DNA of 64,000 nucleotides from Acidobacteriota bacterium (GCA_965209055.1 OZ242374.1:4672001-4736000); one strand, 5' to 3'. Counted from the stretch's first letter, positions 41,282 to 51,352 are shown. Notes: a model not told the origin generated them from the sequence alone. Translations and numbers: made by a program.

Positions 41282-42157
41282 ATGAGACGGATACGCTTTC
41301 GATGCCCCTTTGCCTGTATGATGCTGCGCCGGCACGCCGCCGCAGGCTTGATCGGTCTGATCCTGATCACGGGCGCCGCGCCCGGCGAGAGCAAATTGAA
41401 GCTGCTCTCGTTCTGGGACGCGAGTGACGAATCCAATTCGTCCCAGATCGATCACGGCGCATGGCAGGAGATCCTGGACACTTACCTGCGGTCCCACAGC
41501 TCCGGCATCAATCGATTCGACTACGCCGCCTTGAAGGCCAGCGCCGGGGACACCGCGAAACTGGCCGGATACCTGTCCTACCTGCAGGAACTCGATCCCA
41601 GGACCTACTCGCGGAGGGAACAAAAGGCCTACTGGTTCAACTTCTACAATTCACTGACCGTTAAGGTGGTGGCCGACGCCTATCCCGTCGACTCCATCAA
41701 GAAAATCAGCAACAGCATGCTGGGAGGTCTGATTCCGGTCGGCCCATGGGGTGACGTACGGGCCAAGGTCCGCGGCCAGGACCTGACTCTGGACAACATC
41801 GAGCACGGCATCCTGAGGCCCATCTACCGTGATCCCCGGATTCACTATGGGGTGAATTGCGCCAGCCTGGGGTGTCCGAATCTATTGGAGACGGCTTTCA
41901 CCGCGGCCAATACCGAGACACTGTTGGATGGCGCCGCCCGCGCCTATGTGAATCATTCCCGGGGCGTCGATTTTGTCGACGACGATTTCATCGTCATCTC
42001 CAGTATCTACACCTGGTTCTCGGAGGACTTCGGCGACACCGAGGAGAACGTCCTCAAACACCTGGCGCGGTATGCGGATGATGAACTGGCGGACCGCCTG
42101 AAGAACTTCGAGGGAGCCATCGACTACGAGTACGACTGGGATTTGAACCAGCCGTAA
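41282..42157 (+). CDS. DUF547 domain protein, exported
   Basis: AYWFNFYN, LTLDNIEHGILR, DPRIHYGVNCASLGCP, YEYDWDLN. Confidence 0.9.
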   Translation: MRRIRFRCPFACMMLRRHAAAGLIGLILITGAAPGESKLKLLSFWDASDESNSSQIDHGAWQEILDTYLRSHSSGINRFDYAALKASAGDTAKLAGYLSYLQELDPRTYSRREQKAYWFNFYNSLTVKVVADAYPVDSIKKISNSMLGGLIPVGPWGDVRAKVRGQDLTLDNIEHGILRPIYRDPRIHYGVNCASLGCPNLLETAFTAANTETLLDGAARAYVNHSRGVDFVDDDFIVISSIYTWFSEDFGDTEENVLKHLARYADDELADRLKNFEGAIDYEYDWDLNQP

Positions 42158-42165
42158 CCGGTGCT

Positions 42166-42216
42166 CGGCAGCTCGAAACCGCCGTTCCTGATCGGCCGCT
42201 GGAAACTGCCGTTTCT
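42166..42216. repeat. Two degenerate REP-like arms between convergent genes
   Basis: CGGCAGCTCGAAACCGCCGTTCC and CGGCCGCTGGAAACTGCCGTTTCT. Confidence 0.55.
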
Positions 42217-42226
42217 GTCTGTTTCC

Positions 42227-43096
42227 TCAGAACACGTAGTTGAGGGAGACGCCGATGACGTTGGAGACGGCCGTATTGCGTCCGGCGATCACCCTGCCGT
42301 AGGACGCTCCGATGTTGGCCCGGTCCGAAACGGCGATGCTCACCGAAGGCCCGACGACATGGAAGTCTTCCTGCAGTTCGGGAAATACCATGGGTGAGAA
42401 TCCCGGGCCTCCGATCTCCAGACCCGAAGTGGAATCTTCCATCTGATAGTTGAACGCCAGTCCGAGCCGGCTTCCCACCACCACGCCGGCCGCCAGCCGG
42501 GCAAACAGATTGGGCGGAATGTCGTGGTCGCCCGAGGTTCGATTGCGATACCCGAACTCACCCGAAACGGCAAAGCCATTGTCGAAGTACTTGCCGATCA
42601 GTGTCGACAACTCGAATCCGTTGCCTCCGTCTCCCAGCGAATTGATATAGCCCGTCTCGTAACTTCCCGCCACGATGACTCCGGCGCGAAACGCGACGGT
42701 CGGGCCGTCGCCCACCACCTCGTCCAACGCGCGCCAAACCACGCCGGCATTGATGTCGGCCAAACCGCTGATGCTGGCCTGGGACGGGGGGAGGCCCGGG
42801 CCGGTGGCGTATGAACTCTGGGCTCCACCAAACCGGAAGTCCAGCGCCAGGGAGTCGGTCATACCGTAGGTCCCCTCCACCCAGACGGTCTTCTGGGAGA
42901 GATCGTGTCCGCCTCCTGGGGTCGGACTCTTCGTAGTGCTGCGGAAGAACTCGGTGGCGTTCTGAGAAACGTAGGAAACGGTGAGGGAGCCTCCTCCGGG
43001 GGCGGGAAGCCAGGGAGAGCCACCGGCGAACGCGGGTGACCCGTTGATTGCGACGGCCGCAACTGCGGCCAATATTAATAGGTGTTTTCGTTGCAT
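42227..43096 (-). CDS. Putative outer-membrane beta-barrel protein
   Basis: Signal peptide, amphipathic beta strands, C-terminal LNYVF. Confidence 0.75.
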   Translation of the reverse strand: MQRKHLLILAAVAAVAINGSPAFAGGSPWLPAPGGGSLTVSYVSQNATEFFRSTTKSPTPGGGHDLSQKTVWVEGTYGMTDSLALDFRFGGAQSSYATGPGLPPSQASISGLADINAGVVWRALDEVVGDGPTVAFRAGVIVAGSYETGYINSLGDGGNGFELSTLIGKYFDNGFAVSGEFGYRNRTSGDHDIPPNLFARLAAGVVVGSRLGLAFNYQMEDSTSGLEIGGPGFSPMVFPELQEDFHVVGPSVSIAVSDRANIGASYGRVIAGRNTAVSNVIGVSLNYVF

Positions 43097-43155
43097 TGCC
43101 ATGTTCCTTGGTAAAGCTCGTTGATTGGAGTCGGCCGGCGTTGAGTCCGATGCCG

Positions 43156-43527
43156 TCACAGCTTGTAACGGCGCGTCAGGAAGTAGTGAACGAGTTCCTG
43201 TTCGTCCACGCCGTCATCACACGCGACGGCCTCGGAACCCGGACAGAGGACCTGGATATTCTCGTCGTCCGGCGTACCCGGCTTGTTCGCCGAGTCGCGG
43301 GCCTCGAGGCTGTTCTTCAGGTTCTGTGCGCGGGCCCGATCGAGTTCACCCTTCTGCAGCGGACAGGAGTCGCACACCAACTTTTTGTAGGTGAGCGCCT
43401 TGCCCTTGGTGTACGCGTCCCTGGGATTGATGCCCCGGCCTGCCGCAATGGAGCCGGACGCGGACAGCGACACCGGCGCCAGCACGGCGATCATCGCCAC
43501 GACCAGCAAGCCGATCAGCTTCTTCAT
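43156..43527 (-). CDS. Small secreted protein with CxxC motif
   Basis: GAGGAG RBS, signal peptide, LVCDSCP, four cysteines. Confidence 0.8.
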   Translation of the reverse strand: MKKLIGLLVVAMIAVLAPVSLSASGSIAAGRGINPRDAYTKGKALTYKKLVCDSCPLQKGELDRARAQNLKNSLEARDSANKPGTPDDENIQVLCPGSEAVACDDGVDEQELVHYFLTRRYKL

Positions 43528-43761
43528 TTCAATTCTCCTCAGTAAAGGGTCGGGGTGGTTGGGAACCGCGACTCATCTGCCAAATTTGACGAAATGCAAT
43601 TTCGCGTCGCCTCCTTCCCACCTGGCGGACGCGAAATCAGTTTTTCAAATATATAGGGTAAACAATTATCGTTGCGGTTGCGTGAAAAAAGTAAAGAATT
43701 CTCACGTCCCACGAAACGGAGAGCCGGTTGTCTCCTACGGGGACCTTTCCGGAGGTGACGG

Positions 43762-44454
43762 TTACGGTGTTTCGCCCAATTGCATGGCGAGCAGGCCGAA
43801 TTCGGGGATCTCTGCCGACTCTCTCAACTTGCGATGGATACAGTTCTCCTGCATGCGTTGGAACAGCTCCCGCGAGAGGTGCCTCTTGTAGATCTTCATT
43901 TCCTTCCGGACTTCGCTCCGGAGGCTCCGCAGCCGTTTCCGGTCCATTTCATCCCGGAGGACCTCCGCGACCAGGACCCCGATGTGGTTCAGATCCTGGT
44001 CGATCTGTCGCCCGTCGAGTTGCTCCCGGCCACCGACTTCCTGCCTCAGGGAGGACAACAGGCTCAAGGGTCCGTCGAAGTCTTCGGGACGCGCTTTGAG
44101 CGACGCGCTCAGACGGTCCACGTGTTCGAGAATGCGGGCGCTGTCCACTCCCCTGCCTTGGAAATCAGCGGGTTCGCTCGCTTCCTCTCCCGAGCCCACC
44201 ATGGCTCGTTGATGCTCCTCGAAAGCCTGAGTGACGGCCGGATGACAGTAGGACAGACTCCTGGGTGACGTCTTCCGCGACCGGGCGGTCTCGAAACTGC
44301 GGTCGATCCCTCGAATCACCACGTGTATGGGAATTCCGCTTTCCTTCCACAATTCGATCAGGCACCAATCCAGAGGAGGAACCAGCAGGTGCTTCTGGCG
44401 CCTCCGGATGAAGTGTTCCTCGACTTCCGTGAAGTAGTTGAAATAGTTATCCAA
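43762..44454 (-). CDS. Conserved hypothetical protein (Acidobacteria-type)
   Basis: NYFNYFTEVEEHF...PLDW.LIE.WK..GIP...RGID...SLSYC. Confidence 0.8.
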   Translation of the reverse strand: MDNYFNYFTEVEEHFIRRRQKHLLVPPLDWCLIELWKESGIPIHVVIRGIDRSFETARSRKTSPRSLSYCHPAVTQAFEEHQRAMVGSGEEASEPADFQGRGVDSARILEHVDRLSASLKARPEDFDGPLSLLSSLRQEVGGREQLDGRQIDQDLNHIGVLVAEVLRDEMDRKRLRSLRSEVRKEMKIYKRHLSRELFQRMQENCIHRKLRESAEIPEFGLLAMQLGETP

Positions 44455-44523
44455 GACGGTCCTGCCGAAGGTCCGGCGGCCTCCGCCATCGACGGCGTAT
44501 GACGGGGACCGGCTGATTTTTTC

Positions 44524-45297
44524 TCAACGCCGCCGTCCCGACATGCGCTCGTGATAGATCCGGAGCCCGCACAAGGTCAGATTCTCCTCGATCAGGTCGA
44601 TCCCCTCCGAGGCGCCCGCGATGAGGGGGGCCAGCCCTCCGGTGGCCACGACTCGCGCCCCGCCCAGTTCCTCCTTCATCCGTTTCAGAATCCCTTCCAC
44701 CAGTCCCACGTAGCCGTGGTAGAGGCCCGACTGGATGCTGCCGCTGGTGGAGGTTCCCACGACCTGCCGGGGACGGGCAATTTCGATCCGCGGGAGCTTG
44801 GCGGTCCGGGAGAAGAGTGCTTCGGCCGAGATTCCGATCCCGGCGGCGATGACCCCTCCCACGTACTCCCCCCGGGCCGAGATGGCGTCGAAGGTGGTGG
44901 CGGTCCCGAAGTCGACGGCGATGGCCGGGGCTCCGACCAGATCCAACGTGGCCAGGGCGTTGGCGACGCGGTCGGCGCCCACGTCCGACTTCGGCTGGTA
45001 CCGGATGGGCAACAGGGATTGACCCACGGGATCCACCATCAGGGGTTCGCGTCCGGCGTAGCGGAGGGACAAGGCCTTGAAACATTCATTCAGCGGAGGG
45101 ACCACGCTGCAGACGGCGACGTCCTCCACCCGGTCCATCCGGACGCCCGCCATGCGAAAGAGGTGGTCGCAGAGGGAAGCGTACTCGTCTACGGTCCGGT
45201 TCCTGCGCGTGGAGATCCGCCACGAATGCTCCAGAGTCGTTCCTTGGAACAGACCCAGGACGATGTTGGTGTTCCCGATGTCGATGACCAGCAACAT
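44524..45297 (-). CDS. coaX: Type III pantothenate kinase
   Basis: IDIGNT, GADR, VDFGTATT, GGVIAAG, ATGG. Confidence 0.96.
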   Translation of the reverse strand: MLLVIDIGNTNIVLGLFQGTTLEHSWRISTRRNRTVDEYASLCDHLFRMAGVRMDRVEDVAVCSVVPPLNECFKALSLRYAGREPLMVDPVGQSLLPIRYQPKSDVGADRVANALATLDLVGAPAIAVDFGTATTFDAISARGEYVGGVIAAGIGISAEALFSRTAKLPRIEIARPRQVVGTSTSGSIQSGLYHGYVGLVEGILKRMKEELGGARVVATGGLAPLIAGASEGIDLIEENLTLCGLRIYHERMSGRRR

Positions 45298-45344
45298 GGG
45301 GGTTTCGTGGTCCAGGCCGGGGCGGCCGAAAACGGCCGCTGACG

Positions 45345-46898
45345 TCAATGTCTGAAGTGGCGCATGCCGGTGAAGACCATCGCCATCCCGTGCTCGTCCG
45401 CCGCCTCGATCACTTCGGCGTCCCGGACCGATCCGCCGGGCTGCACCACTGCCGTGATCCCGCTGGCGGCCGCCTGGTCCAGCCCGTCCCGGAAGGGAAA
45501 GAAGGCGTCGCTGGCCATGCTGGCGCCTGCAGTCGAGCGTTGGGCTTTCTGAGCCGCCAGCCGAGCCGAGTCGACACGGCTCATTTGACCCGCACCGATT
45601 CCCAATGTCTGCCCGCCCTTGGCGAATACAATGGCATTCGACTTCACGTGCTTGGCGATGGTCCAGGCGAAGAGCAGGTCTTGGAGTTCACCCGGCTCGG
45701 GCGATCTTTCAGTCACCACCTTAAGATCTTCGGCCTTCGCCAGGGCCAGATCCGCATCCTGAAGCAGACAGGCCCCGGAAATCATCTTGAGATCGTACTC
45801 CGGGGACGATCCCGAAGACGGTTGCGGCTCGAGCAACATCACCCGGAGATTCTTCTTTTTGGCGAAGATCTCCAGAGCCCCCTGCGAGTAGGCCGGCGCT
45901 ATGATGGCCTCCACGAACAAGGTCCGGGTTGCCTCCGCCGTGGCGGAGTCCACGGGACGGTTGAAGGCCAATATGGAGCCGAACGCCGAAACCGGATCGC
46001 ACTCCAACGCCTTGAGATAGGCTTCCCGGGGATCGGCTCCCAGCGCGGCGCCGCAAGGGTTGTTGTGCTTGATGATCGTGCAACCGGTTTCTTCGAACTC
46101 GGAAACCAGGCCCCAAGCCGCGTCCAGATCCAGGTAGTTGTTGAACGAGAGCTTCTTTCCCTGGAGCTGAACCGCTCTCGCCAGTCCCTGGGGCGGACCT
46201 GCCGTGGGCCGGTAGATGGCGGCCCGCTGGTGGGGATTCTCGCCGTAGCGCAAGAGGTCCTGACGGTCCAGGGAGAGGGTCAAGGTTGCGGGAACTTCGG
46301 CTTCGGATCCGCTCTGCTCCTCCAGGTACTGAGAGATGGCCGTGTCGTAGGTTGCCGTATGCCGGAAGGCCTTACGGGCCAGGGTCAGGCGGGTGGACTT
46401 TCGCGTTTCTCCCCCATTTTCAGCCAGTTCCGCCAGCACGGACGGATAGTCGGAAGGGTCCACCACGACGGTGACGTGGGCCCAGTTCTTGGCCGCCGCG
46501 CGGACCATGCAGGGCCCGCCGATGTCGATCTGCTCGATGGCGTCCTCCAGGGTCACCCCCTCGCGGCTCACCGTCTCGACGAATGGGTAGAGGTTCACCA
46601 CGACCATGCCCAAGGGCTGGATCGAATGCCGGGTCAGCACCTCGCGATGGCTGGCCAAGTCGTGACGGGCCAGGATCCCGGCATGGATGCGGGGGTGCAG
46701 GGTCTTGACGCGGCCGTCCAGAATCTCGGGAAACCCCGTGTAGTCGGACACCGGAGTCACCTCGACGCCCGCATTCCGCAAGGCCCGGGCCGTGCCCCCG
46801 GTGGACAGGCAGCGGATTCCCAGATCGCCGAGTCCCCGGGCCAAGTCCGCCAGGCCGTCCTTGTTCGAAACACTGATGAGAGCCCATTCGATCTTCAT
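45345..46898 (-). CDS. purH: Bifunctional AICAR transformylase/IMP cyclohydrolase
   Basis: [42 protein letters not shown]. Confidence 0.98.
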   Translation of the reverse strand: MKIEWALISVSNKDGLADLARGLGDLGIRCLSTGGTARALRNAGVEVTPVSDYTGFPEILDGRVKTLHPRIHAGILARHDLASHREVLTRHSIQPLGMVVVNLYPFVETVSREGVTLEDAIEQIDIGGPCMVRAAAKNWAHVTVVVDPSDYPSVLAELAENGGETRKSTRLTLARKAFRHTATYDTAISQYLEEQSGSEAEVPATLTLSLDRQDLLRYGENPHQRAAIYRPTAGPPQGLARAVQLQGKKLSFNNYLDLDAAWGLVSEFEETGCTIIKHNNPCGAALGADPREAYLKALECDPVSAFGSILAFNRPVDSATAEATRTLFVEAIIAPAYSQGALEIFAKKKNLRVMLLEPQPSSGSSPEYDLKMISGACLLQDADLALAKAEDLKVVTERSPEPGELQDLLFAWTIAKHVKSNAIVFAKGGQTLGIGAGQMSRVDSARLAAQKAQRSTAGASMASDAFFPFRDGLDQAAASGITAVVQPGGSVRDAEVIEAADEHGMAMVFTGMRHFRH

Positions 46899-47008
46899 CG
46901 CATCTCCCTGCTCGGGATGCATGTTAACAGTCCGCGGTGATAGGAGCATTCCTGTCTCCGGGGCAATTTCCGATTACCAATTCACCCATCCTGATTCATA
47001 ATGGCGGC

Positions 47009-48409
47009 GTGCCCACCGCCAATCAGACCCTGCGCCGCATCCCCTCCGTGAACCAGATCCTTCGCGGATCGGACGCGGAATCTCTTCTGGAGACTTATCC
47101 GCGCCACCTGGTCGTCGACGAGGTCCGGCAAGCTCTGGACCGGCTCCGGGACTCGATTCGCCGGAGCGATGACCCTGACCGCGCGCTGGAGTCGGGACTG
47201 GCGGATCTGGCGCCGGACCTGGGGAGGTCGCTCCGGAATCGCCTCCGCCCGTCCCTTCGTCCCGTCATCAACGCCACCGGAATCATTCTGCACACCAACT
47301 TGGGCCGCGCCCCCTTGAACGAAGAAACCGCCAAAGTCATGAAGAGCCTCTCCCAGGGGTACTCCAACCTGGAGTTCGAACTGGACCAGGGAAAACGGGG
47401 ACACCGGGACCGGCATCTGGACGAGCAGTTCCGGAGGCTCCTATCCTGCGAGGCGGCTACCGCGGTGAACAACAACGCGGCCGCCCTCTACCTCGTGCTG
47501 AGCACTCTGGCCCGCGGCCGAAAAGTCCTGGTCTCCCGGGGCGAGCTCGTGGAGATCGGCGGATCCTTCCGCATCCCCTCCATCCTGGAACAGAGCGGCG
47601 CCACGCTGAAGGAGGTGGGGACTACCAACCGGACCCGGATCGAAGACTATCGGGATGCCCTGGACAAAGAGACGGCTCTCATTCTCAGAGTCCACCCCAG
47701 CAATTTCCGGGTCGTGGGATTCAGCCGGCGCCCCGCCCTCTCCGAACTCGTCGCCTTGTCCCGGGAGGCCGGAATCCCCCTGCTCAAGGATGCCGGAAGC
47801 GGCTACCTCTTCCGGACCTCCCACGCTAGTCTGAGGACGGAGCCCGCGGTCGAAGAGATCTTGCAGGCGGGTGTGGACCTGGTCTGCTTCAGTGGAGACA
47901 AGCTCCTGGGAGGACCTCAGGCCGGCATCGTGCTGGGAAATCGTGCGCTGATCGAAGCGGTCCGCAAGAATCCTCTGGCCCGGGTCTGCCGTCTGGACAA
48001 AGCCACCTTCGCCGGACTGCAACGGACGCTCTCCCTCTACGAGCAGGGCACCTACCTGGAAAGGCTTCCGGTCTACCGGATGCTCGGGGCCTCCAGGGCC
48101 TCTCTGGAAAGCCGGGCCCGCCGGATCCGGAGGGTGTTGGACCCGGGAGCGTACCGGAGCCGGATCCTGGACGGCTTCTCCCTGACCGGCGGCGGATCGG
48201 CCCCGGAGGAAACCATTTCCACCACCTTGCTGGCGCTCCGCTCTACGGACGGCTCCTGCAACGAGTTGAGCCGGCGGCTCCGCCTCGGGTCCCCACCCGT
48301 CGTGGCCCGAATCGAGGACGATTGGGTCATCCTGGATCTGCGGACGGTGTTGCCGGAGGAAGACGAGGCTCTGGTCCGATCCCTGTCCCGGGCCGCGTCG
48401 GGAGATTGA
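47009..48409 (+). CDS. selA: L-seryl-tRNA(Sec) selenium transferase
   Basis: VINATGIILHTNLGRA, NNNAAA, SRGELVEIGGSFRIP, EVGTTNRT, FSGDKLLGGPQAG. Confidence 0.97.
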   Translation: MPTANQTLRRIPSVNQILRGSDAESLLETYPRHLVVDEVRQALDRLRDSIRRSDDPDRALESGLADLAPDLGRSLRNRLRPSLRPVINATGIILHTNLGRAPLNEETAKVMKSLSQGYSNLEFELDQGKRGHRDRHLDEQFRRLLSCEAATAVNNNAAALYLVLSTLARGRKVLVSRGELVEIGGSFRIPSILEQSGATLKEVGTTNRTRIEDYRDALDKETALILRVHPSNFRVVGFSRRPALSELVALSREAGIPLLKDAGSGYLFRTSHASLRTEPAVEEILQAGVDLVCFSGDKLLGGPQAGIVLGNRALIEAVRKNPLARVCRLDKATFAGLQRTLSLYEQGTYLERLPVYRMLGASRASLESRARRIRRVLDPGAYRSRILDGFSLTGGGSAPEETISTTLLALRSTDGSCNELSRRLRLGSPPVVARIEDDWVILDLRTVLPEEDEALVRSLSRAASGD

Positions 48410-48410
48410 A

Positions 48411-49238
48411 GTGGCCGAGAACCCTCTTGCTCCGCCCCGGGACCGGCATCTGCTCGAGTTTTTTGCCCGGCAGTACGATCTGCGCCTCCCAGGCGATCGG
48501 CTCCAATCCCTCGGCGCTCTGGCTCGGAGTTTTTCCCGGCTTCCCTACGAGAACCTGACCAAGATCATCCGGAGTTCCCGGAACGGCAAGGGACCGTCCG
48601 CACGGCGCCTCCCCGCCGAGGTTCTGGCGGATCACCGGGAGCTGGGGACGGGAGGGACCTGCTTTTCGTTGACGGCGACGCTGCTCCGCCTGGTCCGCAG
48701 CCTGGGTTTCAAGGCCCAGCCGATCCTGGCGGACCGTCACTATGGGGCAGACACCCACTCGGCGCTGCTGGTCCGGATCCGGGGGCGCCCCCACCTGCTG
48801 GACCCCGGCTATCTGGTGGTCGAGCCGGTACCGTTGGACGAGAATCGCGAAGTGGAGGTCAAAACTCCGTTCAACCGTCTTCTCCTCTCCCCGGAAGGCC
48901 CGGGAAGAATGCGCCTCTACACCCGGCAACAGGGCGGGCGGAGTCATCGGCTCACGTTCAAGACCTCGCCCGCCGATCCGGGACAGTTCCTGAAGGCCTG
49001 GGACGAATCCTTTTCCTGGGAGATGATGACCCATCCTCTGCTGACCCGGGTTGAAGGAGGAAAACAGATTTATCTCAACGGCCGGCGGTTGCAGATCCGG
49101 ACCCACACCGATGTCGTCCGGACGGAGTTGGACCGGGCAGAGCTTCACCGGCAGATCGCCGCGACCTTCGGCATCGCCCCGCCCGTGGTTCGCACGGCCC
49201 TCGCCATTTTGGACGACGCCTCCCGTGGCTCAGGTTGA
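48411..49238 (+). CDS. Arylamine N-acetyltransferase family protein
   Basis: PYENL; Cys-His-Asp triad in GGTCF, HSALLV, LDPGY. Confidence 0.85.
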   Translation: MAENPLAPPRDRHLLEFFARQYDLRLPGDRLQSLGALARSFSRLPYENLTKIIRSSRNGKGPSARRLPAEVLADHRELGTGGTCFSLTATLLRLVRSLGFKAQPILADRHYGADTHSALLVRIRGRPHLLDPGYLVVEPVPLDENREVEVKTPFNRLLLSPEGPGRMRLYTRQQGGRSHRLTFKTSPADPGQFLKAWDESFSWEMMTHPLLTRVEGGKQIYLNGRRLQIRTHTDVVRTELDRAELHRQIAATFGIAPPVVRTALAILDDASRGSG

Positions 49239-49782
49239 AGCGGTCGAGCCGGTCAAGCTACTGGTGGCCCTGCTCTGGGCCGACTCCCGTTCCCGGAATT
49301 CGGCGCTGGAGGATATGGAGCGCCGGTGGGGCGCCATCGACTTCAGTGGAGCCGACCACCCATTCGACGTCACCGATTACTACGAGGCGGAAATGGGACC
49401 GTCGGTGCAGAGGCGCCTGGTGAGCTTCTCCCGCATGATCCCTCCCGAGTCCCTTCCGGAGGTGAAGCTGGCGTGCAACCGGATCGAGGAGCAACTGGCC
49501 CGCCGAGGCTGCCGCCGGGTCAATCTGGACGCCGGCTATCTGGACCACAGCAAGGTGGTCCTGGCCAGCATGAAGTTCGCCGGCCAGAAGATCCACCTGG
49601 GCCAGGGTGTCTACGCCGACCTCATGAGCCGCTACCGGAAGGGCCGGTACCGGCCCCTGGAGTGGGCGTTCCCCGATTTTCGAGACGGCCGCTACGACGC
49701 GGACCTGGCCCGGATCCGGGATTTGTATATGGCCAGTCGGCGGGGAGCGGCGATTTCCAATCGCCGATCAGGGGAGGGTTAA
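49225..49782 (+). CDS. DUF4416-like conserved protein
   Basis: TDYYEAEMG, RRVNLDAGY, VVLASMK, W.FPDF; 3' end runs through a REP arm. Confidence 0.8.
   Translation: MAQVEAVEPVKLLVALLWADSRSRNSALEDMERRWGAIDFSGADHPFDVTDYYEAEMGPSVQRRLVSFSRMIPPESLPEVKLACNRIEEQLARRGCRRVNLDAGYLDHSKVVLASMKFAGQKIHLGQGVYADLMSRYRKGRYRPLEWAFPDFRDGRYDADLARIRDLYMASRRGAAISNRRSGEG
49744..49766 (+). repeat. REP left arm of the doublet whose right arm is split by the island
   Basis: GGAG-CGGCGATT-TCC-AATCGCCG. Confidence 0.85.
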
Positions 49783-49840
49783 TGGAAGGTAGTCCCCTCC
49801 GTACACTTTCCCGATCCAATTAGGTACGCAAAGACGGGAC

Positions 49841-49965
49841 GATTGGAAATCCGTTGTACTGTCCAGATGAGCTACGGGATTGGTCCTTTCTTTTCAACAG
49901 GTTATCCTGATTCTCCTCTCAAATTTTTCCCCTTGGTTCTTGCCCGTTGCCTGTTTGTTGCCTGT
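49841..49965. promoter_or_regulatory. attL: core, IHF-like site, arm-type repeats
   Basis: Core 49841-49851; TTTCAACAGGTTA 49892-49904; TGCCTGTTTGTTGCCTGT 49948-49965. Confidence 0.7.
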
Positions 49966-51008
49966 TGCGTTTGGGAGTCTTCGTTAGCCTGTGCCTCTCG
50001 AATGCTCTGGAGTGCATGCGAACTGACGTACCCGGCGTAGCGCATGGTCGTGCTGATCGCCGAGTGGCCCATCAGCTTCTGCACCGTCCTCACGTCCACC
50101 CCCTGCATCAGCCAATGGCTGCACCGGAATCGCCGCAGGTCGTGAAATCCGACCTTCAGCCCCACGCTCTCGGCAGCGCGACGTAGCGGCGTGTCGGGAT
50201 TCACCCATCTCGTCCCAGTCCGGCTGTTGACAAAGACGTAAGAGGTGTTCAAGTATCGTGGGAGCCCTGCCAGATATCCGGTGGCGTACTGCGAAAGCGG
50301 AATCTCCCTCGTCTCGTCGTTCTTGGTGAACTCCACCCATAGCAGCCGGCGGACCAAGTCCACCCGTTTCCAGGTGAGCGACAAGGCTTCGCCTTTCCGT
50401 ATCCCCGTCTCGCCGATCACCGCAACCATGGCTTGCAGGTAAGGGTTGTCCATCGCCTCGACCAGGTCGCGGAACTGTTGAACCGTCAAGGGCCGGAAGA
50501 CCTTCTTGGGTTCTTTGAGTTTGGGGAATCTCACCAGCGGGTGCGTGTCCACCTCCCCGCACTCCAGCGCGTAGGAAAACATCTTGCTGATGGCGGCGAC
50601 GGCGCGGTTCACCGTGGCCGGCTTCACCTGTTTCTTCCTCTGGGCGACGTAGCGGTGCAGGTCTTTGCGTTGGAACTCCTTCAGGGGAATGTTCCCCAGC
50701 ATGGCGTTGAGGCTCTTGAACGAACCCTCGTAGCTCCGCCAGGAGCGCATGCGAGGTTTGCAGTACTCCTCGAGAAATCGTTCGTAGAAGCTCCGGACCG
50801 TCCAGAAGGTGCGTTTCCCACCGGCGAGTTCCCGCTTGAGCTGCTTCCAAGTGCCGTCCAGGATGCTGGACTCGATTCGTGTTTGAAGCGCCTGTGCGCT
50901 CCGGTAGTTGGGGGCGTACATTCGGAGCCGACCGGATCCGTTCGGCCAGTACTTGCTGACGACGTACCGTCGTCTCCCCCGGCGATCCTTCACCTTATAG
51001 ATGCCCAT
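49902..51008 (-). CDS. Tyrosine recombinase / phage-type integrase
   Basis: TGIRKGE (R), TKN (K), FHDLRR (HxxR), MGHS (H), TMRY (Y); AAGGAGG RBS before ATG 51008. Confidence 0.96.
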   Translation of the reverse strand: MGIYKVKDRRGRRRYVVSKYWPNGSGRLRMYAPNYRSAQALQTRIESSILDGTWKQLKRELAGGKRTFWTVRSFYERFLEEYCKPRMRSWRSYEGSFKSLNAMLGNIPLKEFQRKDLHRYVAQRKKQVKPATVNRAVAAISKMFSYALECGEVDTHPLVRFPKLKEPKKVFRPLTVQQFRDLVEAMDNPYLQAMVAVIGETGIRKGEALSLTWKRVDLVRRLLWVEFTKNDETREIPLSQYATGYLAGLPRYLNTSYVFVNSRTGTRWVNPDTPLRRAAESVGLKVGFHDLRRFRCSHWLMQGVDVRTVQKLMGHSAISTTMRYAGYVSSHALQSIREAQANEDSQTQQATNRQRARTKGKNLRGESG

Positions 51009-51246
51009 GCATCTCCTCCTTTCTGGATCCGGGTTCTTCGCCTTGGGGCGAATCGTACCACGGCTCCAGAGAATCAACGCAGGCGTTCAAGTCCACTGGG
51101 GCGAAGACGCGTCGGTGCCGACCGGCGGTGTCCGGTTCGGCTCTGGCTTGGATGACGTTCAGATCGGCCAATTTGCGAATCGTGCCGATGCCCTTGCCCA
51201 GATACTGGGCTGCGGACGCAACACTGAAAAGCCTCCGGTTGGGCAC
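50995..51246 (-). CDS. Excisionase-like HTH protein
   Basis: LFSVASAAQYLG....TIRKLAD...I.A...RRVF..VDL; overlaps the integrase start. Confidence 0.8.
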   Translation of the reverse strand: MPNRRLFSVASAAQYLGKGIGTIRKLADLNVIQARAEPDTAGRHRRVFAPVDLNACVDSLEPWYDSPQGEEPGSRKEEMHGHL

Positions 51247-51352
51247 CTGGATCAGGGCGGCTGGGCGGTCGTATGCACGGACGCACCCTATACGGTCATG
51301 GAGGCGGCGTTGGGTGGTGTCCTAATTTGAAATCGGGCAGAACTACCCACTA

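Noticed and set aside
47009-49782. Selenoprotein (UGA read-through) near selA
   Set aside because: No in-frame UGA at a catalytic Cys position or SECIS-like hairpin recognised in neighbouring genes.
49767-49900. tRNA (e.g. selC near selA) as the island integration site
   Set aside because: No cloverleaf, TTCGA T-loop or CCA end at either boundary; the duplicated core is a REP centre.
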